This document shows, piece after piece, positions 1 to 9,696 of a DNA stretch of 64,000 bases. The stretch is taken from positions 32,001 through 96,000 of the forward strand of contig JBBRNJ010000001.1 of NCBI GenBank assembly GCA_038230375.1, read 5' to 3'. The notes below the pieces were generated by a model that made no database searches, was not told the DNA's origin, and saw nothing but the letters and a program-made list of their open reading frames with translations. The stretch's first letter is position 1, and each line of letters starts with the position of its first letter. This DNA comes from Polyangiales bacterium (GTDB lineage Bacteria; Myxococcota_A; Polyangia; Polyangiales; Polyangiaceae). The position numbers were made by a program, and so were the translations under genes.

Positions 1-1
1 C

Positions 2-646
2 ATGCTCGGCGTGGATGTCTCCGAGCCGATGCTCGTACGTGCGCGGGAGCGTGCGGCGGAGCGCAGCTTTCCGGAAGGCGCGCTTGGCTTCCTGAACGCG
101 GATGCCGCGGCGCACGAGTTCGGGCCGGGGTCGTTCGATCTGGTCTTCTCGCGGTTCGGCGTCATGTTCTTCGCGGATCCGGTGCGCGCGTTCAAGAACC
201 TGGCGCGCGCCACGCGACCATCGGGTCGCCTGCTGTTCATGTGCTGGCGTTCGATGAAGGAGAACGCGTGGTCCCACGCGCCGCTCGAGGTGGTGCGTCC
301 GCTGCTGCCAGAGATGCCGCAGCCCCCGCCCGATGCGCCCGGGCCGTTCGCGTTCGCCAGCGAAGCGCGCGTCCGCGGGATCCTCACCGAGGCCGGCTTT
401 TGCGACATCACGTTCACCGCCGCTGATCGCCCGATGGTGCTCGGCGCGACCGCCGCGGAGGCCACCGAGTTCGCGCTGACGATCGGACCCACGGCGCGCG
501 CGCTGCGTGAGCTGGGCACGCCCGAGGTGACGGCGACCGCGCGCGAGAAGCTCACGACGCTGTTCCAGGCCTACGCGCAAGACGGCGTTGTCGCGCTGCC
601 GGCGGGTGTGTGGCTGGTGAGCGCGCGCTTCGGCCGGCCGGGATGA
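2..646 (+). CDS. Class I SAM-dependent methyltransferase (5' end truncated by window edge)
   Basis: Motifs GVDVSEPML, NADA, SFDLVFSRFGVMFF, RPSGRLLF; motif I lies upstream of the window. Confidence 0.9.
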   Translation: MLGVDVSEPMLVRARERAAERSFPEGALGFLNADAAAHEFGPGSFDLVFSRFGVMFFADPVRAFKNLARATRPSGRLLFMCWRSMKENAWSHAPLEVVRPLLPEMPQPPPDAPGPFAFASEARVRGILTEAGFCDITFTAADRPMVLGATAAEATEFALTIGPTARALRELGTPEVTATAREKLTTLFQAYAQDGVVALPAGVWLVSARFGRPG

Positions 647-653
647 TCGACGA

Positions 654-1955
654 CTATTCCGCTTCGGGGGCGTGCTCGATCTTCATCGGCATGTCCTTCG
701 ACGCGTCCTTCGCGGGCGCCTTCACCGATGCGTGCTCCTCGAAGGGGCGCGAATGGCCAAGGCTCACTGCCGCGTGCACCACCTCCGAAGCAGCCGCAAC
801 ATGAACGTCGCTGGAGGACGCACGCACGGGGATGTGCGCGAGCGCCTGCCGCAGCTCCGACAGCGAAGAGATCGCCGGTGCGTCCTTGCCACCCTTGCCT
901 GGCGCGGGCTCCTCCTCCACGATCGTGCCGCCCACGCTCTTCGTGAACGCCTTGAGCTTGGCCTGGTCCGTCACGCCGTTGACGTTGACGATCGCGACCT
1001 TGCCAGGCCCCTGGTGGAGGTCGTTTCGGAAGTCATAGACCGCCCCGACGATCGTGAGCACGCCGCGCGATAGCTCGTCGTCGAACTTCACGACGGCCGC
1101 CGCGACCTGATCGTTCACGTTGTCCACGACCGCGTCCATCCACAGCTTCGGATCGTCGTCCTTCACGCCTTCCTTGCGCTGCGGGACGTGCAGCGAAGAC
1201 AGCTCGTGGCTGATCGCGTCGCTCTCCTTGCTGTAGTCCCCCATCGCCGCCTTCACGGCGCCGCAGCCCGTGTGGCCCAGGACGAAGAGCACCGGCGTGT
1301 GCAGGTGATGGATGCCGTACTCGACCGACCCCTCGGAGTTTCCGAGCTGGTTGCCGATGTTGCGGATCATGAAGTCGTCGTTCTCCGCGGTGGTGTCGAA
1401 GGCGGAGGTCTGGACGCGCGAATCCGAGCACGTGATGACCGTGGCGCGCGGCGTCTGTGCGGCAGCGAAGTCCTTGAAGAACCCCACGTCGTGCTTCTGC
1501 ATGTACTTCGCATTGTCGGCCAGCACGTCGCGAAGGAAGCCGCGTGTGAGCGCGAGCGGGTCGCGATGGCCCTCGATGAAGGGCACGTCGTATTCCTTCT
1601 TGGAGAGGAGATCGCTCGGGTCCGCAGCGGAGCCATGAGGCTCCTGGCTGGCTCCCGGGCCGCGCGAGTCCTCCGCGTGCCCCTTCTCGACATGGGCGAG
1701 CTTCTCGTCGTCCGCACGGGACTCCGATTCGTGCTTCGCCTTGGCCTTCGCCTTGGCCTTTGCGCCGTCTGCGGGCTTCTTCGCGGACTTCTCGTGCGCC
1801 TTCTCGTGCGGCTTCTCGTCCTTGTCCTCGCCTTCGGAGTGCTCTTCCTTCGAGCCCTCGGCCGAGCTACTGCCCTCTTCGGAGTCCGGATGCTTGCACG
1901 CGGCGGACGCGAAGAGCGCCACGAGGACCAGCAGTTTCTTGGCGGTGCTTCGCAT
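654..1955 (-). CDS. Beta-class carbonic anhydrase with lipoprotein signal and charged low-complexity N-terminal linker
   Basis: Zn ligand motifs CSDSR and GHTGCGAV; RNIGN; SVEYGIHHL; N-terminal ASAAC lipobox. Confidence 0.9.
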   Translation of the reverse strand: MRSTAKKLLVLVALFASAACKHPDSEEGSSSAEGSKEEHSEGEDKDEKPHEKAHEKSAKKPADGAKAKAKAKAKHESESRADDEKLAHVEKGHAEDSRGPGASQEPHGSAADPSDLLSKKEYDVPFIEGHRDPLALTRGFLRDVLADNAKYMQKHDVGFFKDFAAAQTPRATVITCSDSRVQTSAFDTTAENDDFMIRNIGNQLGNSEGSVEYGIHHLHTPVLFVLGHTGCGAVKAAMGDYSKESDAISHELSSLHVPQRKEGVKDDDPKLWMDAVVDNVNDQVAAAVVKFDDELSRGVLTIVGAVYDFRNDLHQGPGKVAIVNVNGVTDQAKLKAFTKSVGGTIVEEEPAPGKGGKDAPAISSLSELRQALAHIPVRASSSDVHVAAASEVVHAAVSLGHSRPFEEHASVKAPAKDASKDMPMKIEHAPEAE

Positions 1956-2093
1956 GGTTTTTTACCCACAAGGTGGAACGGCACACCCTGCAGGATCTTG
2001 AGGCGCAACCTTCCAAGGACGCACGCCAGACGCTGGTGCGATGGGCCAAAAATTCGCGCACGGCGGATTCTCAGCGAGATAGGCTGCCGCTCG

Positions 2094-2999
2094 ATGCTCG
2101 AACACCTGGACGAGCTGCGCATCGCCGACGTCGCCACCTTCCTCGCGGTCTCGCGCTCGGGCTCCGTGACGATGGCGGCGCGTCAGCTGGATGTCACGCC
2201 GTCGCAGGTGAGCAAGGCCGTCGCTCGGCTGGAGGGCTACCTGAAGGTGCGGCTGATCGAGCGCAGCGGGCGAGGCATCATCCTCACGGACGCGGCGAAG
2301 CACGTGAACACGGACCTGGAGGAGCTGGTACGACGCGCAGAGGAGCTCCCCAAGCCGCGGCAGGGCAAGACGCGCGTCACCATCGCGGGTCCTTCGTACC
2401 TCGCGGTGGAGTTCATCCCACAGCTCGCGAACGCGCTCGCGCCCACGCACTTCCGCGTGCTCGAGGCTGGGCCCGCCACCATCCGCGCGTATGCGGAAGA
2501 AGGCGCCATCGACATGGCGCTGACGCTCTCGGCGGAGAAGCTGCCGCGCGCGTGGGTGTCCACGAAGGTCGGTCCCGTGAAGGTCGCGCTCTTCGCGCCG
2601 CCGGCGCTCGCGGAGGAGCTGGGCAAGAAGCCGACACTCGAGCGCCTGCGCGAGGTCCCCTTCGTGGTGCCCGTCCAGTTCTCGAACGGACAGGTCCTGC
2701 CGGGCGAGGACGGCTTTGCTCTCACGCGCGGTGATCGCACGCAGGGGCACGAGGCGGCGACGATCGGCCTGGCCCTGGAGCTGGCTGCAACGTGTCACCA
2801 GCTCACGTACGGGCCGGAGCTGGCCGCGCGCAGGCTGCTCGCTCAGGGGCGCCTGGTGGAGGTGAAGGCGCCGGGCGTGACGAACCACGTCGACCTGTAC
2901 CTGCACGCGAACTCGGAGCGGGTCCTTGCGCGTGTGCACAGGGACGCGCTGCGTGTCATGGCCGACGTGCTGAAGGGCCACCCGAGCGAAGTAGATTGA
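2094..2999 (+). CDS. LysR-family transcriptional regulator, divergent from carbonic anhydrase
   Basis: HTH motif GSVTMAARQLDVTPSQVSKAVARLE...LIERSGRG; ATG at 2094 in frame with track ORF 1188..2999. Confidence 0.88.
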   Translation: MLEHLDELRIADVATFLAVSRSGSVTMAARQLDVTPSQVSKAVARLEGYLKVRLIERSGRGIILTDAAKHVNTDLEELVRRAEELPKPRQGKTRVTIAGPSYLAVEFIPQLANALAPTHFRVLEAGPATIRAYAEEGAIDMALTLSAEKLPRAWVSTKVGPVKVALFAPPALAEELGKKPTLERLREVPFVVPVQFSNGQVLPGEDGFALTRGDRTQGHEAATIGLALELAATCHQLTYGPELAARRLLAQGRLVEVKAPGVTNHVDLYLHANSERVLARVHRDALRVMADVLKGHPSEVD

Positions 3000-3915
3000 C
3001 GGCCACGAACGCGAGCCCCTGCGCGTTGAGCTCGATGTCGAGCTTCAGCAGCTCGTAGGCCGCATGGTCGAAGCCCAGGTTGCGCGCCTTCGCGTCGGAC
3101 TCGATCGCCGCACGCCAAGCGGTGGTCAGACGCGCGGTGCCCTCCGTGTCCGTCTCTGTCGTCGCGGCCACGTCGGCGACCCACTCATCGGCCCTGCTGA
3201 TCCACGTGTGCAGCTGACGGCCGATCTCGGCCACGTCCTGGAACGCCCCGAAGTGCGTGAGGCACGCGAACCGACGGTTGAGCGAGAGCACCTTGTCGAT
3301 GCCCTTGTGCGCCTCCGGGCCGTCGAAGTTCGTGGGGCTGGTGGACGGGAGCGCAAAACGGCCGTTCTTCTGGAGCGCCGGATAGACCAGGCCGAAGGTG
3401 TCGCCCGTGTAGACAGTGTCCACCGCGGGATCATCCACGATGAAGTGATGATTCGCGTGACCCTTCGTGTGAAAGACGGAGAGCTTTGCATCGCCGAGTT
3501 CGAAGGAGTCTCCGTCCTCGAGCGCGCGCACGCGCTCCTTCGGGATGGGCTTGATCACGCCGTAGAGCTTCTTGAAGCGTTCCTCGCCGTAGACCGCGGT
3601 CGCGCTGGCGACGAGCTTCGACGGATCGATCAGGTGCTTCGCCGCGCGCGGATGCGCAAGCAGCGTCGCGTTCGGACAGGCAAGAAGCAGCTCGCCCGCA
3701 CCGGCCGCGTGGTCCAGGTGCGCGTGCGTGACCACCACGTACCGCACCGCCTCGCGCGCGAGCCCCTGAGCCTCGAGCGCCGCGAGCAGCCGAGGCACGG
3801 CGTGCGACGTGTGCGCCTCGATGAACGCGCACTCATCACCCGCGACGCGGAGGTAGGCCGCCGTGAACTCCGGAAGGATGTCGCAGTCGACGGTATGGCG
3901 CGCATGCTTCGTCAT
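2956..3915 (-). CDS. MBL-fold metallo-hydrolase
   Basis: THAHLDH, GHANHH, YTGD and terminal THFG motifs. Confidence 0.9.
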   Translation of the reverse strand: MTKHARHTVDCDILPEFTAAYLRVAGDECAFIEAHTSHAVPRLLAALEAQGLAREAVRYVVVTHAHLDHAAGAGELLLACPNATLLAHPRAAKHLIDPSKLVASATAVYGEERFKKLYGVIKPIPKERVRALEDGDSFELGDAKLSVFHTKGHANHHFIVDDPAVDTVYTGDTFGLVYPALQKNGRFALPSTSPTNFDGPEAHKGIDKVLSLNRRFACLTHFGAFQDVAEIGRQLHTWISRADEWVADVAATTETDTEGTARLTTAWRAAIESDAKARNLGFDHAAYELLKLDIELNAQGLAFVAVNLLRSGGPSARRP

Positions 3916-3989
3916 GAGCCAATCGATACCACAGCGCGGGCCCCACCCCTTGGGGGGACCGGCCGCAAGAGCTCAGGGACTGTTGAGCG

Positions 3990-4991
3990 CTACGTCAACG
4001 ACGCCAGTTGTTTCTTCGTGAGCGAGCTCGAGACGAGCGCCTTCGCGGGTCGATCGCGATCGAAGGCGTAGACCACGAACTCCTCCGCGACGTTGCCGAA
4101 CGAGGCGTGTGGTAGCTCGTTGAGCTGCCTCGCAACGCCGACGAGGAGCGCGCTCACCTGTGCCCCCGCACGCGCATCGAGGTGGGCGTTCATGGTCTTG
4201 CATACCTTGTCCAGCGCGGCATCGGCGATCACCGGCGCCCCGAACCCGTCCCACGCGAGGCAGTTCCAGAGGGTCGCGGCACCCCGCTTGGCCGCATCGC
4301 GTTCAGCGACGGTCGCGATCGCGAGCTCCGGTGGAAGTGCGGGCTGACTGCGATCGAACACGAGCGCACAGCACCAGACGGGAGACTTCGTGCGCATGGC
4401 GGCCCTACGCACGGCGGCCGGAATCGTGGCGACCAGCCGCTGTCCGGCTTTCGTGAGAAGCGAGCCCAGGTCTGCAGAGCGTGAGGAAGCGTGGTTCTCG
4501 GCTGCTCTCGGACGATGCGCCTCTTCGCGTCCGCCCGGCGGCTTGACGAAGATCGTTGTGAGCACATCGCCTTGATACACGTAGCGGCTCACCACCGTGC
4601 CGCCCGCGTACCGATGCGTGTACGTGGTTGGCCGTCCGCCCTTCGTGCGGAGGACGCCGATCCGCGATGCGACCTTGAACTTCGGGTCGTAGTCATACGT
4701 GACCGCGGTTGCCTTGTTCTTGTCCCAGACGATGAACGTCTCGTACGCACATCCTCGTTTGCCGACGTGCTGGCGAATGATTCGAAGACGCCTCTCGGCA
4801 TCGAATCCGAAGTCGTGGGTGTCACGCCGCGTGCTCGGTGCGGAGAGGCGTTTGATCGCGGGCCGTCGTCCGCTGTCCACCTGTGGCGTCAGACTGTGCA
4901 GGAGCCCGGTCGCGTACTCCCAGGTCGTGACGGACGCTTCGGCCGCGGCCTTGCGTGAAGCGTACTCGGCGGTGAGCACTTTCCAGCTCAT
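3990..4991 (-). CDS. Hypothetical protein, apparently two-domain
   Basis: 333-aa ORF with protein-like composition; GGAGG RBS upstream on the minus strand. Confidence 0.65.
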   Translation of the reverse strand: MSWKVLTAEYASRKAAAEASVTTWEYATGLLHSLTPQVDSGRRPAIKRLSAPSTRRDTHDFGFDAERRLRIIRQHVGKRGCAYETFIVWDKNKATAVTYDYDPKFKVASRIGVLRTKGGRPTTYTHRYAGGTVVSRYVYQGDVLTTIFVKPPGGREEAHRPRAAENHASSRSADLGSLLTKAGQRLVATIPAAVRRAAMRTKSPVWCCALVFDRSQPALPPELAIATVAERDAAKRGAATLWNCLAWDGFGAPVIADAALDKVCKTMNAHLDARAGAQVSALLVGVARQLNELPHASFGNVAEEFVVYAFDRDRPAKALVSSSLTKKQLASLT

Positions 4992-5086
4992 TCTCGGCCC
5001 TCCGTGGAGCGGACGTTCATGTCGTCCACTATCTCATGAGCCAACGCCGGACGCGCACGCAACGATGCTACCGCAAGGATGGAACC

Positions 5087-5272
5087 GTGAGCACGGCGCA
5101 CCCGCTTGGTGGCTGCGCGAACCTGTTCGTGATCGACGGCGGTGTGATCCCGTCCGCGCTGGGCGTGAACCCACCGCTCACCATCGCTGCGGTCGCAGAG
5201 CGCATCGCAGACGTGGTCATTCGTGGAGTCGGCACGGCGTCGATCGCCACCAGGCTTGCCGCCATCACCTGA
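5087..5272 (+). pseudogene. Remnant of GMC (cholesterol oxidase-like) oxidoreductase C-terminus with internal deletion
   Basis: TAHPLGGC fused directly to NLFVIDGGVIPSALGVNPPLTIAAVAER; no FAD-binding N-terminal domain. Confidence 0.8.
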
Positions 5273-6215
5273 TGCGGGCTCGAGGTCGTCGCGCGGGTTT
5301 GTCCCCGCCTCTGAGGTGGACGGCGCGCACCACGAGCCCGCGAACGAAGCGCGATGGCCCGTCCTCGTCCTTCACCTTGGACCACAGCAGCTCCATGGGC
5401 GTGCTGGGTAGTGGGACCGGCAGCGGGCGCGTGCGCAGGTGCGGGTGGGTCCTCTGCATGTGCTCCGCGATCAGCATCGGCACGGTTGCGAGGAGCGCCG
5501 TGCCCTCCACGAGATCAGCGACGTAGGCAAAGCTGGAGACGGAGACCCGCACCTTGCGCGGCTTGCCAAGCGCGTCCTCCACGACACCACGAGCATCGCC
5601 CGCATACGAGACCACGACGTGCTCGTGTGCGAAGTAGTCACGCTCGCGCAGCGTCTTCGGCAGCCTGGCGAACCGTGGATCGTACAAGCACACGAAGCCG
5701 GCGGAGAGCAGCGTCTTGCGAAGGATCGAGGGGCGCAGGTCGTCCGCAACAGTCACCGCCAGATCAACCCTGGCCGACAGCAGCGATTCCTCCACGCTGC
5801 GGAACTGGACTGGCAACACGATGAGCTGCATCGCGCTCGCCTCGGCGCGGAGCAGCGCGAGCAGCGGAGGCAGCAGCCACCCTTCCGTGGCGTCGGACAG
5901 GCCGATGCGCACCGCGGCGGAGGATGTCCTGGGGTCGAACGTGGGCTCGTGCGTCACCGCGGAGAGGAGCGGCGCGAGGTGGGTCCGCGCCACCGCGACC
6001 AGGTCACTCCCACGCGCGGACAGCACCAACCCCCTGCCCTGCCGCACGAACAGCGGCGCGCCGACGAACGACGTCAGCCTGCGCAACGCAGCGCTCACCG
6101 CGGGCTGGGTCAGGTAGAGCGACTTCGCCGCGTTCGTCACGCTTCCTGCGTCAGCGACCGCACAGAGGACGCGCAGCAGGTTCAGGTCGAAGTCTCTTCC
6201 ATACACACGGTTCAT
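5265..6215 (-). CDS. LysR-family transcriptional regulator
   Basis: FDLNLLRV...GSVTNAAKSLYLTQPAVSAALRRL...LFVRQGRG. Confidence 0.93.
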   Translation of the reverse strand: MNRVYGRDFDLNLLRVLCAVADAGSVTNAAKSLYLTQPAVSAALRRLTSFVGAPLFVRQGRGLVLSARGSDLVAVARTHLAPLLSAVTHEPTFDPRTSSAAVRIGLSDATEGWLLPPLLALLRAEASAMQLIVLPVQFRSVEESLLSARVDLAVTVADDLRPSILRKTLLSAGFVCLYDPRFARLPKTLRERDYFAHEHVVVSYAGDARGVVEDALGKPRKVRVSVSSFAYVADLVEGTALLATVPMLIAEHMQRTHPHLRTRPLPVPLPSTPMELLWSKVKDEDGPSRFVRGLVVRAVHLRGGDKPARRPRARIR

Positions 6216-6291
6216 GTTTCACATATATCCTATTCACTGGTGTGATGCGTCTCCTGGTCGTAGGTTCTCCTCACCAACCAAGGAGCACGTC

Positions 6292-7287
6292 ATGACTGAC
6301 TCGAACGTTCGCAAGGTGTCACTCGGGAAGACTGGTCCATCTGTGTTCCCGCTTGCACTCGGCTGCATGGGCATGTCCGGCATGTATGGTGAATCGTCGG
6401 ACGACGAGAGCATCGCCACCATCCGCGCCGCCATCGAGCGTGGCGTCACGCTGCTGGACACGGGCGACTTCTACGGAATGGGCCACAACGAGATGCTCAT
6501 CGGTCGCGCGATCGCCGGGCTGCGCGACAAGGTGCAGCTGTCGGTGAAGTTCGGAGCGCTCCGCGCACCTGACGGCGCATGGGTCGGCGCCGACACGCGG
6601 CCCGCAGCCGTGTCCAACTTCTGCGCCTACAGCTTGAAGCGCCTTGGCGTGGAGGCGATCGACATCTACCGCCCCGCGCGGCTCGATCCCGCGGTGCCCA
6701 TCGAGGACACCATCGGCGCCATTGCCGACCTTGTGAAGAAGGGGTACGTGAAGCATATCGGCCTGTCGGAGGTCGGCCCCGAGACCATCCGGCGCGCGGC
6801 CAAGGTGCACCCCATCGTCGACCTGCAGATCGAGTACGCGATCGCCACGCGCAACCCGGAGACGAAGATCTTCCCGGTGCTCCACGAGCTGGGCATCAGC
6901 GCCACCCTGTACGGCGTGCTCTCACGCGGGCTGCTATCCGGCAGCAAGCCCACCGGCAAGACGGACTTCCGCAACCACCTGCCGCGCTTCAGCGGCGACC
7001 ACAAGGACGGGAACGAGCAGATCGTCGCGAGGCTCGCCGACTTCGCGAAGGCGCGGGGACAGACGGCCGCGCAGCTGTGCATCGCGTGGGTGCTCGCCAA
7101 GGAGCCCACGTTCATTCCCACGGTGGGCGCCCGCACGCGCACGCAGCTGCACGACACGCTGGCCGCGCTGGACAAGCCGCTCAGCGCAAGCGAGCTCGGA
7201 GAGCTGGAGAAGATCTTCCCACGTGACGCGGTGAAGGGTGATCGCTACCACCCGATGCAGATGGCGCACCTGGACAGCGAGAAGTAG
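6292..7287 (+). CDS. Aldo/keto reductase
   Basis: LGCMGMS, LDTGDFYG, SVKFG, IGLSE, LQIEY; AAGGAG RBS before ATG 6292. Confidence 0.93.
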   Translation: MTDSNVRKVSLGKTGPSVFPLALGCMGMSGMYGESSDDESIATIRAAIERGVTLLDTGDFYGMGHNEMLIGRAIAGLRDKVQLSVKFGALRAPDGAWVGADTRPAAVSNFCAYSLKRLGVEAIDIYRPARLDPAVPIEDTIGAIADLVKKGYVKHIGLSEVGPETIRRAAKVHPIVDLQIEYAIATRNPETKIFPVLHELGISATLYGVLSRGLLSGSKPTGKTDFRNHLPRFSGDHKDGNEQIVARLADFAKARGQTAAQLCIAWVLAKEPTFIPTVGARTRTQLHDTLAALDKPLSASELGELEKIFPRDAVKGDRYHPMQMAHLDSEK

Positions 7288-7307
7288 ACCCGGATCTCGG
7301 CCGCGAC

Positions 7308-8024
7308 CTAGTCCTTCATCGTGAACGGAGAGAAGTTCGTGTCGCGGTCGAAGTAGTCCTCGTGCTCCTTGCGCTTGAGGAAGCCCACGATCGCATACGT
7401 CGCCGGAGTGCCCAGGATCTCCCAGAGCACCTTGAAGACGTAGTTGGCGATGATGACCGCGAAGAGCTGGCTGTTCGTCCACAGGCCGAAGAACGCGAGC
7501 GGGTAGAAGACCGCCGTGTCCACGGCCTGACCCACGATCGTGGAGCAGATGAAGCGCAACCAGAGCCGCTTGCCGCCGCTCTGGACCTTCATCTTCGCGA
7601 GCGTGTAGGAGTTCGTGAACTCGCCCGCCCAGAAGCCGCAGATCGACGCGAGCGCGATGCGCCACGTGCCACCGAACACGCGCTCGATCGCGGCCTGGGT
7701 CTCCAGCTGACCAGGGTCCGACAGGCCGGGGATGCGGATGACGACCTGGCTCATGATCGACGCGAAGATCAGCGCTGCGAACCCGACCCAGATGACCCGA
7801 CGGCTACGGGAGTAGCCGTACACCTCCGTCAGGATGTCGCCGAAGATGTAGCTGATGGGGAAGAAGATGTTACCGGCGCCGAACGTGATCCCGCCCACCG
7901 TGCAGAGCTTCGCGGGGCCGATCAGGTTGGAGCAGAGGAGCACCGTGACGAACGCCGCCATCACAAGGTCGTAGTACTTGTAGTTCGGCCGCAGGTGCGG
8001 TGCCGCGTTCGACGTCGAGCTCAC
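7308..8024 (-). CDS. yhhQ: Queuosine precursor transporter (YhhQ/VUT family)
   Basis: Multi-TM protein with FPISYIFGDILTEVYG and STIVGQAVDT motifs. Confidence 0.85.
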   Translation of the reverse strand: MSSTSNAAPHLRPNYKYYDLVMAAFVTVLLCSNLIGPAKLCTVGGITFGAGNIFFPISYIFGDILTEVYGYSRSRRVIWVGFAALIFASIMSQVVIRIPGLSDPGQLETQAAIERVFGGTWRIALASICGFWAGEFTNSYTLAKMKVQSGGKRLWLRFICSTIVGQAVDTAVFYPLAFFGLWTNSQLFAVIIANYVFKVLWEILGTPATYAIVGFLKRKEHEDYFDRDTNFSPFTMKD

Positions 8025-8045
8025 GCGTGAACTTTACCCCAGGTC

Positions 8046-9014
8046 TCAGCGGCTGGCGTAGGCGATGTACGTGACGACCAGGAACGTGAGCTCTGCGGCG
8101 AGCGCGTACGACGTGATGCTGAGCCGGAAGATCCGCGAGGCGGAGTCCGAACGCCCGCGCAGCCTTGGCGTGAGGAAGATGCGGGTGACAACGTATGCGA
8201 GCACGCCAGCTGCGAGCCCGGACACGATGGCCACGATCGCTGGCGAGCCGCAACCATCCTTCAAGTTGGAGCCCTCTCCGTCTGCGGACGGCTCCGTGCA
8301 GTCGAACCCAGACGCGATGGCAAAGAAGAGCGGAATGGCGGCGACGCCAAGGACACCGGCGAAGACGGTGCCAACCCCGGTGAGGCACCCGAACGGCGCA
8401 GGCGCAGGCAGGTCACCACCGCCGCGGACCACTGGGAGGGACCTGGCAAGCCGCGTGAACGCGTCGAGCATCAGCTGCGCGCGATCGGGCTTCTCCTTCG
8501 CAACGGCGAACTCGGACAGGTACGCCTCGACATTCCCCTGGACGTCGTCGATCGAGATCCGGCGCAGGCCCAGGTCGAAGAGGCTTCCGACCGCGCGGCG
8601 CGCCTCCTGGTTCAGGATGGCCTGAAGGACCTCGTGGTCGGTGGTGGGCGAGTCCACGTAGACGGTCGCGTCGAAGAGCTCGTCGCCCGTCTGCTGCTCC
8701 ACGTTGATGCCGGATGCCTTGGCGTCCTTGTCGGCGTACGCCTCGGGGCGCAGCACGATCCTCATGGGGCGCGCCGCGACAAGCGCACGCGGCACGGCAG
8801 TCTGCCTGTAGTTGCCGCCCTCGCGCGCGTCCGCGTGCTCGCGCTTCGCAACGGCGTCGTAACGGGTGGAGAGCGAGAGCGAAGAGCTGGAGCCGCCGGA
8901 GTAGCTCACACCCACGACCACGTCGGCGTGCGTGATGGTGAAACGGTCCTCCTTCGTGTCGCCGGCCTTCTGGCGAAGAGCGCGAACGAGGTCGCTCTCC
9001 GGACTGTCGCTCAT
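8046..9014 (-). CDS. Hypothetical membrane protein with three C-terminal TM helices
   Basis: ATG at 9014 overlaps the upstream stop (ATGA); QTGDELFDATVYVD motif; hydrophobic C-terminus. Confidence 0.7.
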   Translation of the reverse strand: MSDSPESDLVRALRQKAGDTKEDRFTITHADVVVGVSYSGGSSSSLSLSTRYDAVAKREHADAREGGNYRQTAVPRALVAARPMRIVLRPEAYADKDAKASGINVEQQTGDELFDATVYVDSPTTDHEVLQAILNQEARRAVGSLFDLGLRRISIDDVQGNVEAYLSEFAVAKEKPDRAQLMLDAFTRLARSLPVVRGGGDLPAPAPFGCLTGVGTVFAGVLGVAAIPLFFAIASGFDCTEPSADGEGSNLKDGCGSPAIVAIVSGLAAGVLAYVVTRIFLTPRLRGRSDSASRIFRLSITSYALAAELTFLVVTYIAYASR

Positions 9015-9550
9015 GTGACGAGGCCGAACGGAAGGTGCACGGTCTCGTTGTACGACACGACACGCATGCCGTGCTCGCGCACGTAGATCTTCGTGATGCC
9101 GCAATGGTTGGAGACGAACCGCGCCCATCCGGATGCGGGGAGAGAGAGCGCGCGCGTGAGCAGGTAACGGATCAAGTTGCCGTGACAGACAAGGAGCTCC
9201 GTGCGCTCTTTCTTGCTCGGCTGGAAGAACTTGTCGAAGGCGCGGTCCATGCGATCGCGGTCGCTCTTGACCTGCTTCGCGCTGGAAGGAATGGAGGGAA
9301 CGCGGGTGGGCATGCCCTCGACGAGGAGCTTCGAGCGCGTGAAGTCGACCTTGAGCTCCGTGGCGGCCACGTCGGCGGTCTCCTGCGCGCGGAGCATGGT
9401 GCTGCAGTACGCGGCATCGAGCGAGACGCCTTTGAGGGCGCGCGCGGAGATACGCGCTTGCTCGCGCCCACGGGCCGTGAGGCTCGGGGTGCCAAGCGGC
9501 GAGGTGTCGTACTCGCCGTGGCGCAGCAGGATCACGAGCTTCTTCGCCAT
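9011..9550 (-). CDS. Histidine phosphatase family protein (PGAM5-like)
   Basis: LRHGEY, STMLRAQET, LVCHGNLIR motifs. Confidence 0.88.
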   Translation of the reverse strand: MAKKLVILLRHGEYDTSPLGTPSLTARGREQARISARALKGVSLDAAYCSTMLRAQETADVAATELKVDFTRSKLLVEGMPTRVPSIPSSAKQVKSDRDRMDRAFDKFFQPSKKERTELLVCHGNLIRYLLTRALSLPASGWARFVSNHCGITKIYVREHGMRVVSYNETVHLPFGLVT

Positions 9551-9696
9551 GCGGCGCGGCAACCTAGTTGCAAACGCAAGGCATTGAAACCGCTATTTTG
9601 GGCCTCGCGCCCCAGGACCTCCACGATCCGCCCATGCGCAGGACTTCATGAATGAGCCCCATGCCTTGGCGGACGCTCTGGATGTCCTTCCGCGCG

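Noticed and set aside
1188..2093. Long N-terminal extension of the LysR (603-aa track ORF)
   Set aside because: Antisense to the carbonic anhydrase; LysR homology starts at ATG 2094
8025..8045. preQ1 riboswitch upstream of yhhQ
   Set aside because: Only 21 bp of intergenic space and no recognisable aptamer
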